The notes beneath the pieces are model-generated. The model searched no databases and was not told the origin of the DNA. It saw only the letters and a list, made by a program, of their open reading frames with translations. Source: Desulfuromonadales bacterium (lineage in GTDB: Bacteria; Desulfobacterota; Desulfuromonadia; Desulfuromonadales; SZUA-540). Taken from it: DNA of 64,000 nt. The stretch spans positions 64,001 through 128,000 of the forward strand of contig JAWSUS010000001.1 of assembly GCA_033549025.1 (NCBI GenBank), read 5' to 3'. The position numbers and the translations under genes are program-made. Position 1 is the first letter of the stretch. The number at the start of each line of letters is the position of its first letter. Positions 47,752 to 58,028 of this stretch are shown piece after piece.

Positions 47752-48505
47752 GGGTCTCCTCATCCACAGGCCAGGTCGCCCGCTCACCGCCATCCTCAGA
47801 CGGATAGAGCCAGATAGGACCATGTTTGTCGTTCTGCATCAGGCGGATCAGCCGCAGCTTGACCAATTCGAGCATGGCCAGAAAGGTGACCACGATCTCG
47901 TGCCGGTCGGGCTTCTGGCTGAACAGTTCGGTAAAGAGCAGGTTTTCCCGCTGGCTAAAGAGATCCAGAATGCCATGGATGCGCTCCGTGACGGAAAGCC
48001 GCTCCGTATCGACCTCGTGCACCGGCGCTTCGGGATGCTCCTGCAGAAAACGCCGAAAAGCCTCGACCAGTTCGTAGATGCCTACGGCTTCAAACTCCGT
48101 CTCTGCCGCCGGCTCGGCCTCCGGTTCGAGAAAATCCCGCACAAAGACGTCCCGCTGCAGTTGCGGAAAGGCATCGAGCCTTTCGGCCGCGTCCTTGTAT
48201 TTCTGGTATTCCAGCAGGCGGCGAACCAGTTCGGCGCGCGGGTCCTCCTCTTCGTCCTCCAGATCCTCCTCCTCGCTGGCCGGCAGCAGCAGGCGGGACT
48301 TGATATGGATCAAGGTCGCCGCCATGAGCAAAAACTCGCCGGCCACATCGAGATTGAGACTCTTCATGGCGTCGATGAAGGCCAGATACTGGGTGGTGAT
48401 CTCCGCCATGGGGATATCGTAGATATCCATCTCGTTCTTTTTGATGAGATGGAGAAGCAGGTCGAGGGGGCCTTCGAAATTTTCGATTTTTACCTGATAG
48501 GCCAT
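47738..48505 (-). CDS. scpA: Segregation/condensation protein ScpA
   Basis: FEGPLDLLLHLI..IKSRLLLP..TFLAMLEL. Confidence 0.96.
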   Translation of the reverse strand: MAYQVKIENFEGPLDLLLHLIKKNEMDIYDIPMAEITTQYLAFIDAMKSLNLDVAGEFLLMAATLIHIKSRLLLPASEEEDLEDEEEDPRAELVRRLLEYQKYKDAAERLDAFPQLQRDVFVRDFLEPEAEPAAETEFEAVGIYELVEAFRRFLQEHPEAPVHEVDTERLSVTERIHGILDLFSQRENLLFTELFSQKPDRHEIVVTFLAMLELVKLRLIRLMQNDKHGPIWLYPSEDGGERATWPVDEETLGYH

Positions 48506-48517
48506 GAAGCAGGGGCC

Positions 48518-49204
48518 TCAGTTTCCGAACAGGAAATGCATGACGTATTCCACCACACCCACCTGGGGCCCGGCCAGCTTATCGACCACGAACCAGATGA
48601 GGGGATACAGAAAAACGCGCCAGACATCGGTGAAGAACACCACGAAGATGATGATGACAAACCCGAAAGGCTCCAGCCGGGCCAGCATATCGGCCTGTTT
48701 CTTGGGAAGGATGCCCGTCAGGACGCGGCCGCCATCCAGCGGAGGCACGGGAATCAGGTTGAAAACGGCCAGAATGACATTGATCAGCAGGCTGAAGGAC
48801 ACCATGAGCACAATGGGTTCGAAGGCCGCCTGCAGCAGGGTCCCTTCCAGAACTTTCAGCTCGGCGATCACGGCCAGTCCTCGCAGTAGCAGCGCCGAAA
48901 GCAACGCCAGGGCAAAATTGCTCAGAGGACCGGCCAGGGCGACCCAGATCATGTTCTGCTTGGGATTTCTGAGGTTGTTGAAATTAACGGGAACGGGACG
49001 CGCCCACCCGAAACCAAAAAAAAGCAGGGCCAGGGTACCGATGGGGTCGAGATGCTTGAGAGGGTTGAGAGTCAGTCGTCCCAACAGGCGGGCAGTGGGA
49101 TCTCCGAACTTTTCGGCAAAAAAGCCGTGGGACAACTCATGCATGGTGACCGCCAGCAAGGCAGGGACCAGCATGATCGAAATTTTAACCAGTATTTGTT
49201 CCAT
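48518..49204 (-). CDS. Site-2 protease (M50) family protein
   Basis: HELSH; GDPTA; AGPLSN; FNLIPVPPLDG. Confidence 0.93.
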   Translation of the reverse strand: MEQILVKISIMLVPALLAVTMHELSHGFFAEKFGDPTARLLGRLTLNPLKHLDPIGTLALLFFGFGWARPVPVNFNNLRNPKQNMIWVALAGPLSNFALALLSALLLRGLAVIAELKVLEGTLLQAAFEPIVLMVSFSLLINVILAVFNLIPVPPLDGGRVLTGILPKKQADMLARLEPFGFVIIIFVVFFTDVWRVFLYPLIWFVVDKLAGPQVGVVEYVMHFLFGN

Positions 49205-49311
49205 TTCGGCAGATCCGTTTCGAGAGCAAAGGTAAAATTTCTTAACAGATACGGCAGAGCAAGTCAACGAATCCCGACCCGACCCAACCGCCGAACCCGA
49301 TGAAAAGGCGG

Positions 49312-51981
49312 CTACTCGTCGCCGTCGACATCCTGCGGTAGAAAACGCTTGCGCACCATGGCCAATTCATCCTCGCGGGCGACCACGCGTCCGGTAAGAC
49401 GGGCCTTGAGCAGTGCCGCAAGAATCGTTTTGTACTCGGGGCCGGGCGGAATGCCGAGACTGCGCAGGTCATGTCCGGTGAGCAGCGGCGAGACCTCGCG
49501 CAGCTGGGTGACGAACAGGGAGATCCAGCGCCGCACTTCTTCGCAGGAGGCGCGAGCCATGAGAAAGAGCAGGATCTCTATGGAGAGGGGTTCCAGCCAG
49601 CGGTGCAGGTCAACAGGGCCCGGGTTCGATTGCCGACTGTGGCGGCGCTCCAGCAGCTGCAGAACACGCAGGCCTTCCCGGCGCTCCTCCATAAACACCT
49701 GCCGCGACTTGGGCGGAATATCCAGGCGTTCACAGAAACCGCGCACGGCCGCATGATCAAGATCGGAAAGCAGGCAGAGGAAATAGACCTGCCAGGCCTG
49801 GCAGGTCTCCCCCGTATAGAGCAGTTCGAACCAGTTCAAAATACGCGGCGCTCTCTCGAAAATCTGCCGGACGGCAGGGCTCACCTCAAGCCCGGCCTGC
49901 AGGCGCTGGAGCAAGCCGAACTCTCCCATGCGCAGCAAAGCCGGCAACGGCGCCGCCTCTTTGAGAATAATGACCAATTCGTTGTAGATGCGGCGCCCCC
50001 CCGCCTTGGCAAGAAACCCCATGCGCACGGCACTCTGAAGCAACTGCTGGGTGTGAACGCCGAGATGAAAACCGAGGCGCTGCTCAAAGCGAATGGCACG
50101 GAAAATCCGCGTTGGGTCCTCGACAAAGCTCAGACTGTGCAGGACGCGCACAGCCTTTTCCTTGAGATCTTTCTGGGCGCCGAAAAAATCGATCAGTTCG
50201 CCGTAATGGGCCTCATTCAGAGCGATCGCCAAGGTGTTGATGGTGAAGTCGCGCCGATAAAGGTCGAGCTTGATGCCGGCGTGTTCGACCTGGGGCAGAG
50301 CGCCGGGAGAGGTGTAATATTCCATGCGGGCAGAAGCGACATCCAGCTTGAAGCCGTCAGAAAAAATCAACACCGCCGTGCCGAACTTCTTGTGAGAACG
50401 GATGCGGCAGCCCTGGTCAATGGCGCAGGCTTCGGCAAAGGCGATGCCATCGCCCTCGACGACGATATCAATATCGAGATTTTCCTGCTGCAAGAGCAGG
50501 TCGCGCACGAAACCGCCGACAGCGAAAATGCTGACCCCCTGTTCATCGGCGATGCGCCCAAGCTGCCGCAGAAGATCCTGAATGCGTTGGGGCAACTGAT
50601 CGGCCAGCATGCGCTCCACCCGCCGTTTTTTGAGGCCACCTCCGCCAACGAGGGTATCGATCGCCTCGGTGCCGGTGCGCAGGGCGCGGGCGCCGGAAAT
50701 CATGTGGCGCAGAAGATCGGTGCGGGTGATGGCGCCGATTAGGCGGCCTTCCTCCACGACCGGGACAAACCGCTGATTGCGCTCCATCAGCTGTTCCTGT
50801 AGCACGGTGATGGGGGTATGAGGGCCGACCTCGAAGAAATCGCCTGTCATGTAGTCGCTGACCGGCTGTTCGGCCAGACCATGGTGAACGGCCCGATCCG
50901 CCAGCTGGCGGGTGATCAGACCAACCACCCGGTTGTCGTTCACCACGGGAAGAGCATTGATGTTGTAGCGGGTGAAAATGGCCCGCGTCTCACGCATACT
51001 GGCGTCTTTAGCGATGGTTTTTACGGGCGAGGACATCAGGTGGCGGGCCTCCCAGCGAGGCTGAACGTGCTGCTGCAACACGGCGGGCAACCGATCGACG
51101 ATTTCCAGCAGGGTCAGGTCGCGCACGGTCGCCGAGGCGGCAAAAGAGTGGCCGCCGCCGCCAAAGCGAGAGAAAATCTGCCCCATGTCGACTTCGGGTG
51201 CCCGGGAGCGTCCGACCATGAACACCCGTCCGCCCAGACGCACAACCACGATCAGCGCCTGCGTCCCTTCCATGTCCATGAGTTTATGGGCCAATACGGC
51301 AAGATCGCCGACAAAGTGATCCGCCGAGGCCTGAGCGACAACCACTTCGACACCGGCGATATGGAGAATCGTGCGGGACTCGATCAGATCGTGCAGCAGC
51401 GCCACCTGGTCGGCGGTCAGTTCCTGGGTGAGAAAATCGGCGACCGTGTTGAGGTCGGCGCCATGGGAGAGGAGAAAAGCGGCGGCCAGGTAATCGTCCG
51501 TGGTGGTGGAACTGAAGAGCAGGCTGCCGGTATCTTCGTAGAGGCCGAGCATCATCATGGTCGCCTCCTCCGCCGTCGGCACGATATCCCGCTGCCGGAA
51601 GATGCCGGTCAGGACCGTCACGGTGGAGCCAACCGGCTCGATGTGCTCCACCACGCCTTTGAGATCGGCCTTGCCGGCCGGGTGGTGATCGTAGATATGG
51701 AGTTCCACCTTCTCCCGACGGGCCACCTCGCCGAAAGGGCCGATGCGGTCGGACTGTCGCACGTCCACCAGGATAAGCCGGGTGACCTGCTCCAGGTCGA
51801 TATCCTTCACGCGTTCGAACAGGGCCGGGTCCACCACCCCGTCTTCCTGCAAAAACTCACGCAGATTCCGCTCCTGGGCCCCGGCAAAGATCAGATGGGC
51901 ATCCGGGTAGAGCCGTTTGGCGGCAATCATGCTGCCAAGGCAGTCGAAATCGGCATTGACGTGGGTGGTGATGACCTCCAT
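49312..51981 (-). CDS. DHH-DHHA1-CBS-tRNA nucleotidyltransferase (probable A-adding enzyme)
   Basis: HVNADFD, DHH, EDTG, GGGH; CBS pair; VGGFVRD..DIDI; RRDFT; EDPTR. Confidence 0.88.
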   Translation of the reverse strand: MEVITTHVNADFDCLGSMIAAKRLYPDAHLIFAGAQERNLREFLQEDGVVDPALFERVKDIDLEQVTRLILVDVRQSDRIGPFGEVARREKVELHIYDHHPAGKADLKGVVEHIEPVGSTVTVLTGIFRQRDIVPTAEEATMMMLGLYEDTGSLLFSSTTTDDYLAAAFLLSHGADLNTVADFLTQELTADQVALLHDLIESRTILHIAGVEVVVAQASADHFVGDLAVLAHKLMDMEGTQALIVVVRLGGRVFMVGRSRAPEVDMGQIFSRFGGGGHSFAASATVRDLTLLEIVDRLPAVLQQHVQPRWEARHLMSSPVKTIAKDASMRETRAIFTRYNINALPVVNDNRVVGLITRQLADRAVHHGLAEQPVSDYMTGDFFEVGPHTPITVLQEQLMERNQRFVPVVEEGRLIGAITRTDLLRHMISGARALRTGTEAIDTLVGGGGLKKRRVERMLADQLPQRIQDLLRQLGRIADEQGVSIFAVGGFVRDLLLQQENLDIDIVVEGDGIAFAEACAIDQGCRIRSHKKFGTAVLIFSDGFKLDVASARMEYYTSPGALPQVEHAGIKLDLYRRDFTINTLAIALNEAHYGELIDFFGAQKDLKEKAVRVLHSLSFVEDPTRIFRAIRFEQRLGFHLGVHTQQLLQSAVRMGFLAKAGGRRIYNELVIILKEAAPLPALLRMGEFGLLQRLQAGLEVSPAVRQIFERAPRILNWFELLYTGETCQAWQVYFLCLLSDLDHAAVRGFCERLDIPPKSRQVFMEERREGLRVLQLLERRHSRQSNPGPVDLHRWLEPLSIEILLFLMARASCEEVRRWISLFVTQLREVSPLLTGHDLRSLGIPPGPEYKTILAALLKARLTGRVVAREDELAMVRKRFLPQDVDGDE

Positions 51982-51997
51982 GTTCCCCCGGTGCGCC

Positions 51998-52948
51998 TCA
52001 GAGTTGCAGGCTGCCTATCAGCTGATGGATATCCGTAATCCCCTCTTCCACACAGAAAGCCTCGATGCCGTCAATAATGGTCATCATGACGGCGGGGTCA
52101 ACAAAGTTGGCGGTGCCCACCTGCACGGCTTTGGCCCCGACGATAAGAAATTCCAGGGCATCCATGGGACGCATGATACCGCCGACACCGATGACGGGCA
52201 CTTTGACAGCCTGCACCACCTGGTGGACCATGCGCACCGCCACCGGCCGGATGGCCGGCCCCGAAAGCCCGCCCGTCTTGTTGGCCAGGCGCGGCCGCCG
52301 GGTCTTGATGTCCACGGCCATGCCGGTGAGGGTGTTGATGCAGCAGATAGCATCGGCCCCCGCCTCTTCGGCGGCTCGGGCCGTAACGGATATGTCGGTG
52401 ACATTGGGAGTCAGCTTGACGATAAGGGGCTTTTTCAGGTGCTTTCGCACCAGACCGACGACCTCGGAAGCCGCCTTGGGGTCCGTACCGAAGACGATGC
52501 CGCCCTGCTTGACGTTGGGGCAGGAGATGTTCAGCTCGACCCCGGCTACCTCGGGAATATCGGAAAGCCGCCGGGCCACCTCGCCATACTCGTCCAGGGT
52601 GTTGCCGAAGAAATTGACGATGACCGGTGTATTGATTTCCCTCAGAAAGGGGAGCTTATGCTGGATAAAGGCGTCCACGCCGACGTTCTGCAGGCCGATG
52701 GCGTTGAGCATGCCGCTGATGGTCTCTGCGATGCGCGGCGTGGGATTGCCGGCCTTGGGCGCCAAGGACAGGCCTTTGGTCACAATGGCCCCGAGGCGCT
52801 CCAGGTCGATAAAGGGCGCATATTCTTCACCATAACCGAAGGTGCCCGAAGCCGGCATGACCGGATTCTTCAATTTGATGCCGGCGATCTCCACCGCCAG
52901 GCTGGGGCGTTTGTTCTTCATCCCGTTTTCTTTGGCTTTTCCGCTCAT
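51998..52948 (-). CDS. pyrD: Dihydroorotate dehydrogenase (class 1B) catalytic subunit
   Basis: ASGTFGYG; NISCPN; VKLTPN; GGLSG; ATGA overlap with pyrK. Confidence 0.96.
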   Translation of the reverse strand: MSGKAKENGMKNKRPSLAVEIAGIKLKNPVMPASGTFGYGEEYAPFIDLERLGAIVTKGLSLAPKAGNPTPRIAETISGMLNAIGLQNVGVDAFIQHKLPFLREINTPVIVNFFGNTLDEYGEVARRLSDIPEVAGVELNISCPNVKQGGIVFGTDPKAASEVVGLVRKHLKKPLIVKLTPNVTDISVTARAAEEAGADAICCINTLTGMAVDIKTRRPRLANKTGGLSGPAIRPVAVRMVHQVVQAVKVPVIGVGGIMRPMDALEFLIVGAKAVQVGTANFVDPAVMMTIIDGIEAFCVEEGITDIHQLIGSLQL

Positions 52949-53802
52949 ATCTTGCATCCCTCACAATAGCCGGGCTCCTGCCCCAGTTTCGTCCAATCCA
53001 GTTGTTCCGCCCGGAAGACCGGCCCCTCCTTGCAGGAGCACAGATACCGCGGGCTGGCCTCGCTGTGCCCGGCGCCTTTGACCACGCACCCGAGACAGGC
53101 GCCGACTCCGCAGGCCATGAGGGCCTCCAAAGACACCTGCAGGGGCACCCCCCGCGTGGCACAGATCTCCTGCACCGCTTCGATCATCGGCATCGGTCCG
53201 CAGGCATAGACGGAGGCGTTGGGATACTTGTCGAGCTTGCGCAAGAGCACCTGGGTCACCAGGCCTTCTTCGCCCAGGCTGCCGTCATCGGTAGACACGT
53301 AGGTCTCGACCCCCAAACGTTCAAATTCGGTCACGGCCAGGATATCTTCCCGTGTTCGCCCGCCCATCAGCAGGCGCACAGAACTCTTCCGGGTCAACTC
53401 CCTGGCCAGCATGTAAAGCGGTACGAGACCGATGCCACCGCCCACCAGAATCTTCTGTTCCCCAGGAACCCCAATATCGAAGCCGCGCCCCAAGGGACCG
53501 AGGACTTCCACCTTGCTGCCTACCTGAAGATTGCTCATGATGTCCGTTCCACGCCCGACCACTTTGTAGAGAATTTCCACAAACTCCTTGGGCGGCTGTC
53601 CATCGCAGTCGGCCGGCAGAAAACCGGTGCGGAAGATGCCGAAAGGACGCCGCAGCAAAGGCGGCAGGGACGTCTGCACCCGAAACATGAGGAACTGGCC
53701 GGGCTTGGCCTTGCTGCCGAAACCGGGCGCCAGGATACGCATACGGTAATATCCGGTGGATATTTCCTGGTTGGACAGCACTACGGTTTTGTAATTCTTC
53801 AT
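52945..53802 (-). CDS. pyrK: Dihydroorotate dehydrogenase electron transfer subunit
   Basis: PGQF; RRPF; GGGIG; CGP; MACGVGACLGC..C.EGPVF. Confidence 0.94.
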   Translation of the reverse strand: MKNYKTVVLSNQEISTGYYRMRILAPGFGSKAKPGQFLMFRVQTSLPPLLRRPFGIFRTGFLPADCDGQPPKEFVEILYKVVGRGTDIMSNLQVGSKVEVLGPLGRGFDIGVPGEQKILVGGGIGLVPLYMLARELTRKSSVRLLMGGRTREDILAVTEFERLGVETYVSTDDGSLGEEGLVTQVLLRKLDKYPNASVYACGPMPMIEAVQEICATRGVPLQVSLEALMACGVGACLGCVVKGAGHSEASPRYLCSCKEGPVFRAEQLDWTKLGQEPGYCEGCKI

Positions 53803-53847
53803 ACCGACTCTCTCTCCTGTTAATCGCCGGTTGGAACCGAGCGGTTC

Positions 53848-54315
53848 CTAAAAACCGGACTCTGACTTTATTTCATCACGCTGCATCACCAGGGCGTCCT
53901 CGCCATCGGCATAATATCCGGGACGACGGGAAATCTCCCGAAAGCCGAAACGCCGGTAAAGGGCGATGGCCCCGGCATTGTTAATCCGTACCTCCAGAAA
54001 AACCTTTTCCAGACCGACCTGCCTGGCCTGTTCCAGCCCATGCGTGAGCAGTCTGGCCGCGACTCCCCGGCGGCGGAACTTTGGGTCGGTCGCCACATCG
54101 AGGATGGTCATCTCGCCGCACACGAGACTGGAGCAGAGAAAGCCCACCAGGCGATCCTCCATAAAGAGGAGATCGATGCGGCTGTGCGGGTTGTCCAGTT
54201 CAGCCAAAAAAGAGGCAGCCGACCAGGGGTGAGCCTGACACAAGCCTTCAATACGCAGAACCTCTTCCAGATCCTGGGGCGTCATGGGCCGGATAGAAGC
54301 GTGGTCCAATCGCAT
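53848..54315 (-). CDS. rimI: Ribosomal protein S18 alanine N-acetyltransferase (GNAT)
   Basis: HPWS..RRRGVA..LEVR..N..AIALY..GF..RRPGYY..EDALVM. Confidence 0.88.
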   Translation of the reverse strand: MRLDHASIRPMTPQDLEEVLRIEGLCQAHPWSAASFLAELDNPHSRIDLLFMEDRLVGFLCSSLVCGEMTILDVATDPKFRRRGVAARLLTHGLEQARQVGLEKVFLEVRINNAGAIALYRRFGFREISRRPGYYADGEDALVMQRDEIKSESGF

Positions 54316-54534
54316 ACTCCCTGTAAGGAGAAACCACACCGGGCAGAACGGTATGATACAGAGGAAAAATTTGCCGTGACATCAAGGTAAAATAAGATAA
54401 AATGGTGACCCTGCGGAGTCAATTTGCCGAAGCATCGCCGTTACCGCCCCATGTCGTGGCCCGCTATCTTAATGCACCCCTCAACCCCCTGTAAAGAACT
54501 AATGCGGCCCCGGTCGCCGGGGGGCAGATTGCCA

Positions 54535-54563
54535 TTGACAAGGGGGGATCATTGATTTAAAAA
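54535..54563 (+). promoter_or_regulatory. Putative sigma70 promoter of purMN
   Basis: TTGACA-17 nt-TAAAAA (weak -10). Confidence 0.45.
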
Positions 54564-54597
54564 GGGGCCACTTTTCACCATCAAGGAGCCTGCCGCA

Positions 54598-55647
54598 TTG
54601 AGCCAAAAAGACAAAATTACCTACAGGGACGCCGGTGTAGACATTGATGCCGGCAATCGTTTTGTACAGATGATCAAACCCCTCGTCAAAGCCACGACAC
54701 GCCCCGAGGTCAAAACGGATATCGGTGGGTTTGGCGGTCTTTTCTCTCTTCATGCCGACAAATACAAGAGGCCGACGCTGGTCTCCTCGACCGATGGCGT
54801 GGGAACCAAGCTCAAGCTGGCCTTCATGATGGACAAACACGACACGGTGGGCATCGACCTCGTCGCCATGTGCGTCAACGACATCATCGTCCAAGGGGCC
54901 GAACCCCTCTTTTTCCTCGACTACCTGGCGACGGGCAAGCTCTCCCCTGAAAAAGCCGTGGAGATCGTCAAGGGCATTTCCGAGGGCTGCGTACAGGCCG
55001 GCTGCGCTCTCATCGGCGGGGAAACGGCCGAGATGCCGGGCATGTACAGTGAGGGAGAATACGACCTGGCCGGCTTCACGGTCGGCGTGGTCGATGACGA
55101 CAAAATCATCGACGGCTCCACCATCACCGTTGGCGACGCCATCATCGGCATCGCTTCGAGCGGTCTGCATTCCAACGGATATTCCCTGGCCCGCAAAGTC
55201 TTCTTCGACAAAATGGGCCTTTCGATCGACAGTCGTCTCGATGAACTGCAAGCCCCCCTGGGAGAGGCCCTGCTCACCCCCACGCGCATCTACGTCAAGG
55301 CGATTCTCAACCTGATCCGCGACTTCCAGATCAAGGGCATGGCCCACATCACCGGTGGCGGCGTCCTCGAAAACATCCCCCGCGTTCTACCCAAAAACTG
55401 CCAGGCGATTCTTCAAAAGGACAGTTGGCCCAAGCCTCCCATCTTTGAAGCATTGCGCCAGGGCGGCAACATTGACGAAACCGAGATGTACCGGACCTTC
55501 AACTACGGCATCGGCATGGTTCTTATCGTACCGGCGGCCGAAGCCGAGGATATTCTCGGCCGTCTCGGCGGGCTGCAGGAGAAAGCCTACCTGATCGGCG
55601 AGATAACCAAATGCCCCGACTGCAACGAACAGGTGAAGCTGATCTGA
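54598..55647 (+). CDS. purM: Phosphoribosylformylglycinamidine cyclo-ligase
   Basis: [36 protein letters not shown] start after AAGGAG. Confidence 0.97.
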   Translation: MSQKDKITYRDAGVDIDAGNRFVQMIKPLVKATTRPEVKTDIGGFGGLFSLHADKYKRPTLVSSTDGVGTKLKLAFMMDKHDTVGIDLVAMCVNDIIVQGAEPLFFLDYLATGKLSPEKAVEIVKGISEGCVQAGCALIGGETAEMPGMYSEGEYDLAGFTVGVVDDDKIIDGSTITVGDAIIGIASSGLHSNGYSLARKVFFDKMGLSIDSRLDELQAPLGEALLTPTRIYVKAILNLIRDFQIKGMAHITGGGVLENIPRVLPKNCQAILQKDSWPKPPIFEALRQGGNIDETEMYRTFNYGIGMVLIVPAAEAEDILGRLGGLQEKAYLIGEITKCPDCNEQVKLI

Positions 55648-55702
55648 ACCGTTGCCGGCAGCCTCAAACATCTTGACCATTCAATTACATGCAAGGGAAA
55701 CC

Positions 55703-56374
55703 GTGGCACAGAAAGTACGCATAGGCGCTCTCGCCTCAGGCGGAGGGACGAACCTGCAGGCCATCATCGACCGTTGCCGTGATCATTCCATTGACGCTGA
55801 AATCGTCCTGGTCCTCAGCAATAACCCGGAGGCTGGCGCCCTGGAAAGGGCTCGCCAGGCCGACCTCCCCTGCCGCTGCATCAATCATCGCGACTACGAG
55901 TCCCGCGAAAGCTACGACCAGGCCCTGGTGGATGCCCTGCAGGAGGCGCACGTCGACCTGGTGGTTCTTGCCGGTTTCATGCGCCTGATCACTCCTGTTC
56001 TGCTGGACGCCTTTCCCGGCCGCATCATGAATATCCACCCGGCTCTGCTTCCCGCCTTTCCCGGCCTGCACGTGCAGCGTAAAGCAATCGAATACGGTGC
56101 CCGGTTTTCCGGATGCACCGTCCATTTCGTCGATAATGGCGTCGATACCGGCCCGATCATCATTCAGGCCGTCGTACCCGTTCTGGACGATGATACCGAG
56201 GCGACCCTGGCGGCCCGGATTTTGAAGCAGGAGCACCGGATCTATCCTCAGGCCATTCAGCTTTTCGCCCAGGGCAGACTGCATATTGAAGGCCGCCGCG
56301 TTCGCATCCTGCCGCCCCTCACCCCCCCGGACAATGCCTTGACCAACCCACCCGTCGAGATTTCCGAGACATAA
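55703..56374 (+). CDS. purN: Phosphoribosylglycinamide formyltransferase
   Basis: SGGGTNLQA; NIHPALLP; HFV..VDTGPII; EH. Confidence 0.97.
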   Translation: MAQKVRIGALASGGGTNLQAIIDRCRDHSIDAEIVLVLSNNPEAGALERARQADLPCRCINHRDYESRESYDQALVDALQEAHVDLVVLAGFMRLITPVLLDAFPGRIMNIHPALLPAFPGLHVQRKAIEYGARFSGCTVHFVDNGVDTGPIIIQAVVPVLDDDTEATLAARILKQEHRIYPQAIQLFAQGRLHIEGRRVRILPPLTPPDNALTNPPVEISET

Positions 56375-56377
56375 GGT

Positions 56378-57634
56378 GTGAGACAGAGACACTACGACAT
56401 TGCCATTCTGGGCGAGAGTCTGGCCGCGCGAGTGACAGCCGCACTGCTCGCCCGACGGGGCTACAAGGTTGTCTTCTGCCGAGAACCCTATACTCCCTCG
56501 CCCTGGCTTTTCTCTTCCTTTCATCTGCAGCAGCTGCTGTTGTCCCTAGGCGGTCGTTCTTGCGCCACCTCCGCCCGCCCTCTGCAGATTCTGACCCCGC
56601 AAGCCCGCTGGGAAATCCACGGACGCCACTCCAAACAGGAAGAGCTCTTTCGCGAATTTCCCGATCAGCATGAACAGGTCTCGAATCTCCTTAAGGAGCT
56701 GGCCGACAAAGGCGAACGTCTGGAGCGCAATCTCTGGCGAAGCCGCAAAACAGCCCTGACGAATCGCCCTCTGCACGCCAATCTGAGGGCCAGAGGGCAT
56801 TTCGGGCTCTTCAAAAAGCCCCTTGAAGCCGTCCTTGCCCAATCATTGGGAACAACGTCAGCAACAGAATCTCTCACCGCGCTGTTTGAAGGGGTTTCGG
56901 GGCAGCCGATAGGAAAGCTTTCCCTGGCGGAAGGCGCCCTGCTCTGGAGCTGGATCCGGCAACACGAAACCGTCTCCGCTTCCGGCCTGGAGGAACTGCT
57001 GCTGCACCGCTTCGACCAGTTTCACGGGGACGCTCTTGAGTTGAGCGATATCGCTTCTCTGAATAGGGAAGGTCGCCGTCTGCACAGCCTGACCCGCAAA
57101 GATGGGGCCGTCTGCTCCGCTGACCATTTTATTTTAGGCAGTCCTGCCGGCGCCCGACTGCTGCCCCCTCCCTTTGAGAGGCCCACTTCCGAACCATTTT
57201 CACCGGCCTTTATGACCAGCCCCATAAACCGCCTGTCGCCCATGTTGGCGCGGCGCGTTATCTGGCGGGCATCGTCAACAAGGCGGCTTACCCTGACGGC
57301 CACCAACCCGCGCACCTGCCTTATCGAAACGGTGTCCACTCCGATCGCCCAGACAATCCTGCCGACCGACTTGCGGGAAGAGCTTACCCCTGTTTTCCCC
57401 TTTATCGATTTTACTCTCCACGAGGCACCTTCTTCGGAACGGATCCCCGCCCTGCCTAAACCGTTTTTCGCCCAACCGCTGCCTGGTCTGGTTAATTCCG
57501 TCCAGCTCAAGGGAAATCTGCTGCTCGCTCAGGGCTTGGGCGTCTGGCCGGCACTCGGAGCCTCCGGCGAGATTCTGGTGGGCTATGCCGTAGCTGAAAG
57601 GCTCAGTGGCGGCAAATCTTTCAGGCCCGCATAA
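56378..57634 (+). CDS. Hypothetical protein with degenerate Rossmann (FAD-binding-like) N-terminus
   Basis: YDIAILGESLAARVTAALLARRGYKV; 418 aa ORF filling the purN-rpmB gap. Confidence 0.7.
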   Translation: MRQRHYDIAILGESLAARVTAALLARRGYKVVFCREPYTPSPWLFSSFHLQQLLLSLGGRSCATSARPLQILTPQARWEIHGRHSKQEELFREFPDQHEQVSNLLKELADKGERLERNLWRSRKTALTNRPLHANLRARGHFGLFKKPLEAVLAQSLGTTSATESLTALFEGVSGQPIGKLSLAEGALLWSWIRQHETVSASGLEELLLHRFDQFHGDALELSDIASLNREGRRLHSLTRKDGAVCSADHFILGSPAGARLLPPPFERPTSEPFSPAFMTSPINRLSPMLARRVIWRASSTRRLTLTATNPRTCLIETVSTPIAQTILPTDLREELTPVFPFIDFTLHEAPSSERIPALPKPFFAQPLPGLVNSVQLKGNLLLAQGLGVWPALGASGEILVGYAVAERLSGGKSFRPA

Positions 57635-57745
57635 GCAACGGAAAATCGACTTTTCTTTTCAAAATAACGAGGCAAAAACTTCTTGCAATACGCCGCAAGG
57701 CGTGATAACAATTGGCGTTCGAAACTTCCAGGAGGTCAAATTACC

Positions 57746-57937
57746 ATGTCTAAGGTCTGTGAAATTTGCGGCAAGGGTCGTACTACTGGCAACAATGTCA
57801 GCCATGCACATAACAAAACGCGCAAAGTCTGGCTTCCCAATCTGCAGAAGGTCAAAACCATCAGCAATGGCACCGTTCGTTCCGTCAAGGTATGCACCCG
57901 ATGCATCCGTTCCGGGGCGGTAACCAAACCTGTCTGA
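57746..57937 (+). CDS. rpmB: 50S ribosomal protein L28 (Cys/zinc-binding form)
   Basis: [41 protein letters not shown]. Confidence 0.97.
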   Translation: MSKVCEICGKGRTTGNNVSHAHNKTRKVWLPNLQKVKTISNGTVRSVKVCTRCIRSGAVTKPV

Positions 57938-57959
57938 TTGCACCGTTGCCGAAATCATC

Positions 57960-57999
57960 AAAAAAGAGGGGCACCCTGATTCAGGCGCCCCTCTTTTTT
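57960..57999. terminator. Bidirectional intrinsic terminator (rpmB / ridA convergent)
   Basis: AAAAAAGAGGGGC..GCCCCTCTTTTTT. Confidence 0.85.
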
Positions 58000-58028
58000 G
58001 TACCCCTTCTGCATCTGTCCGCATGTTT

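Noticed and set aside
54340..54597. Long rimI-purM divergent spacer as a possible purine/ZTP riboswitch or small ORF
   Set aside because: The predicted purM leader is only ~30 nt, no aptamer consensus is visible, and the 54499-55347 ORF is antisense to purM
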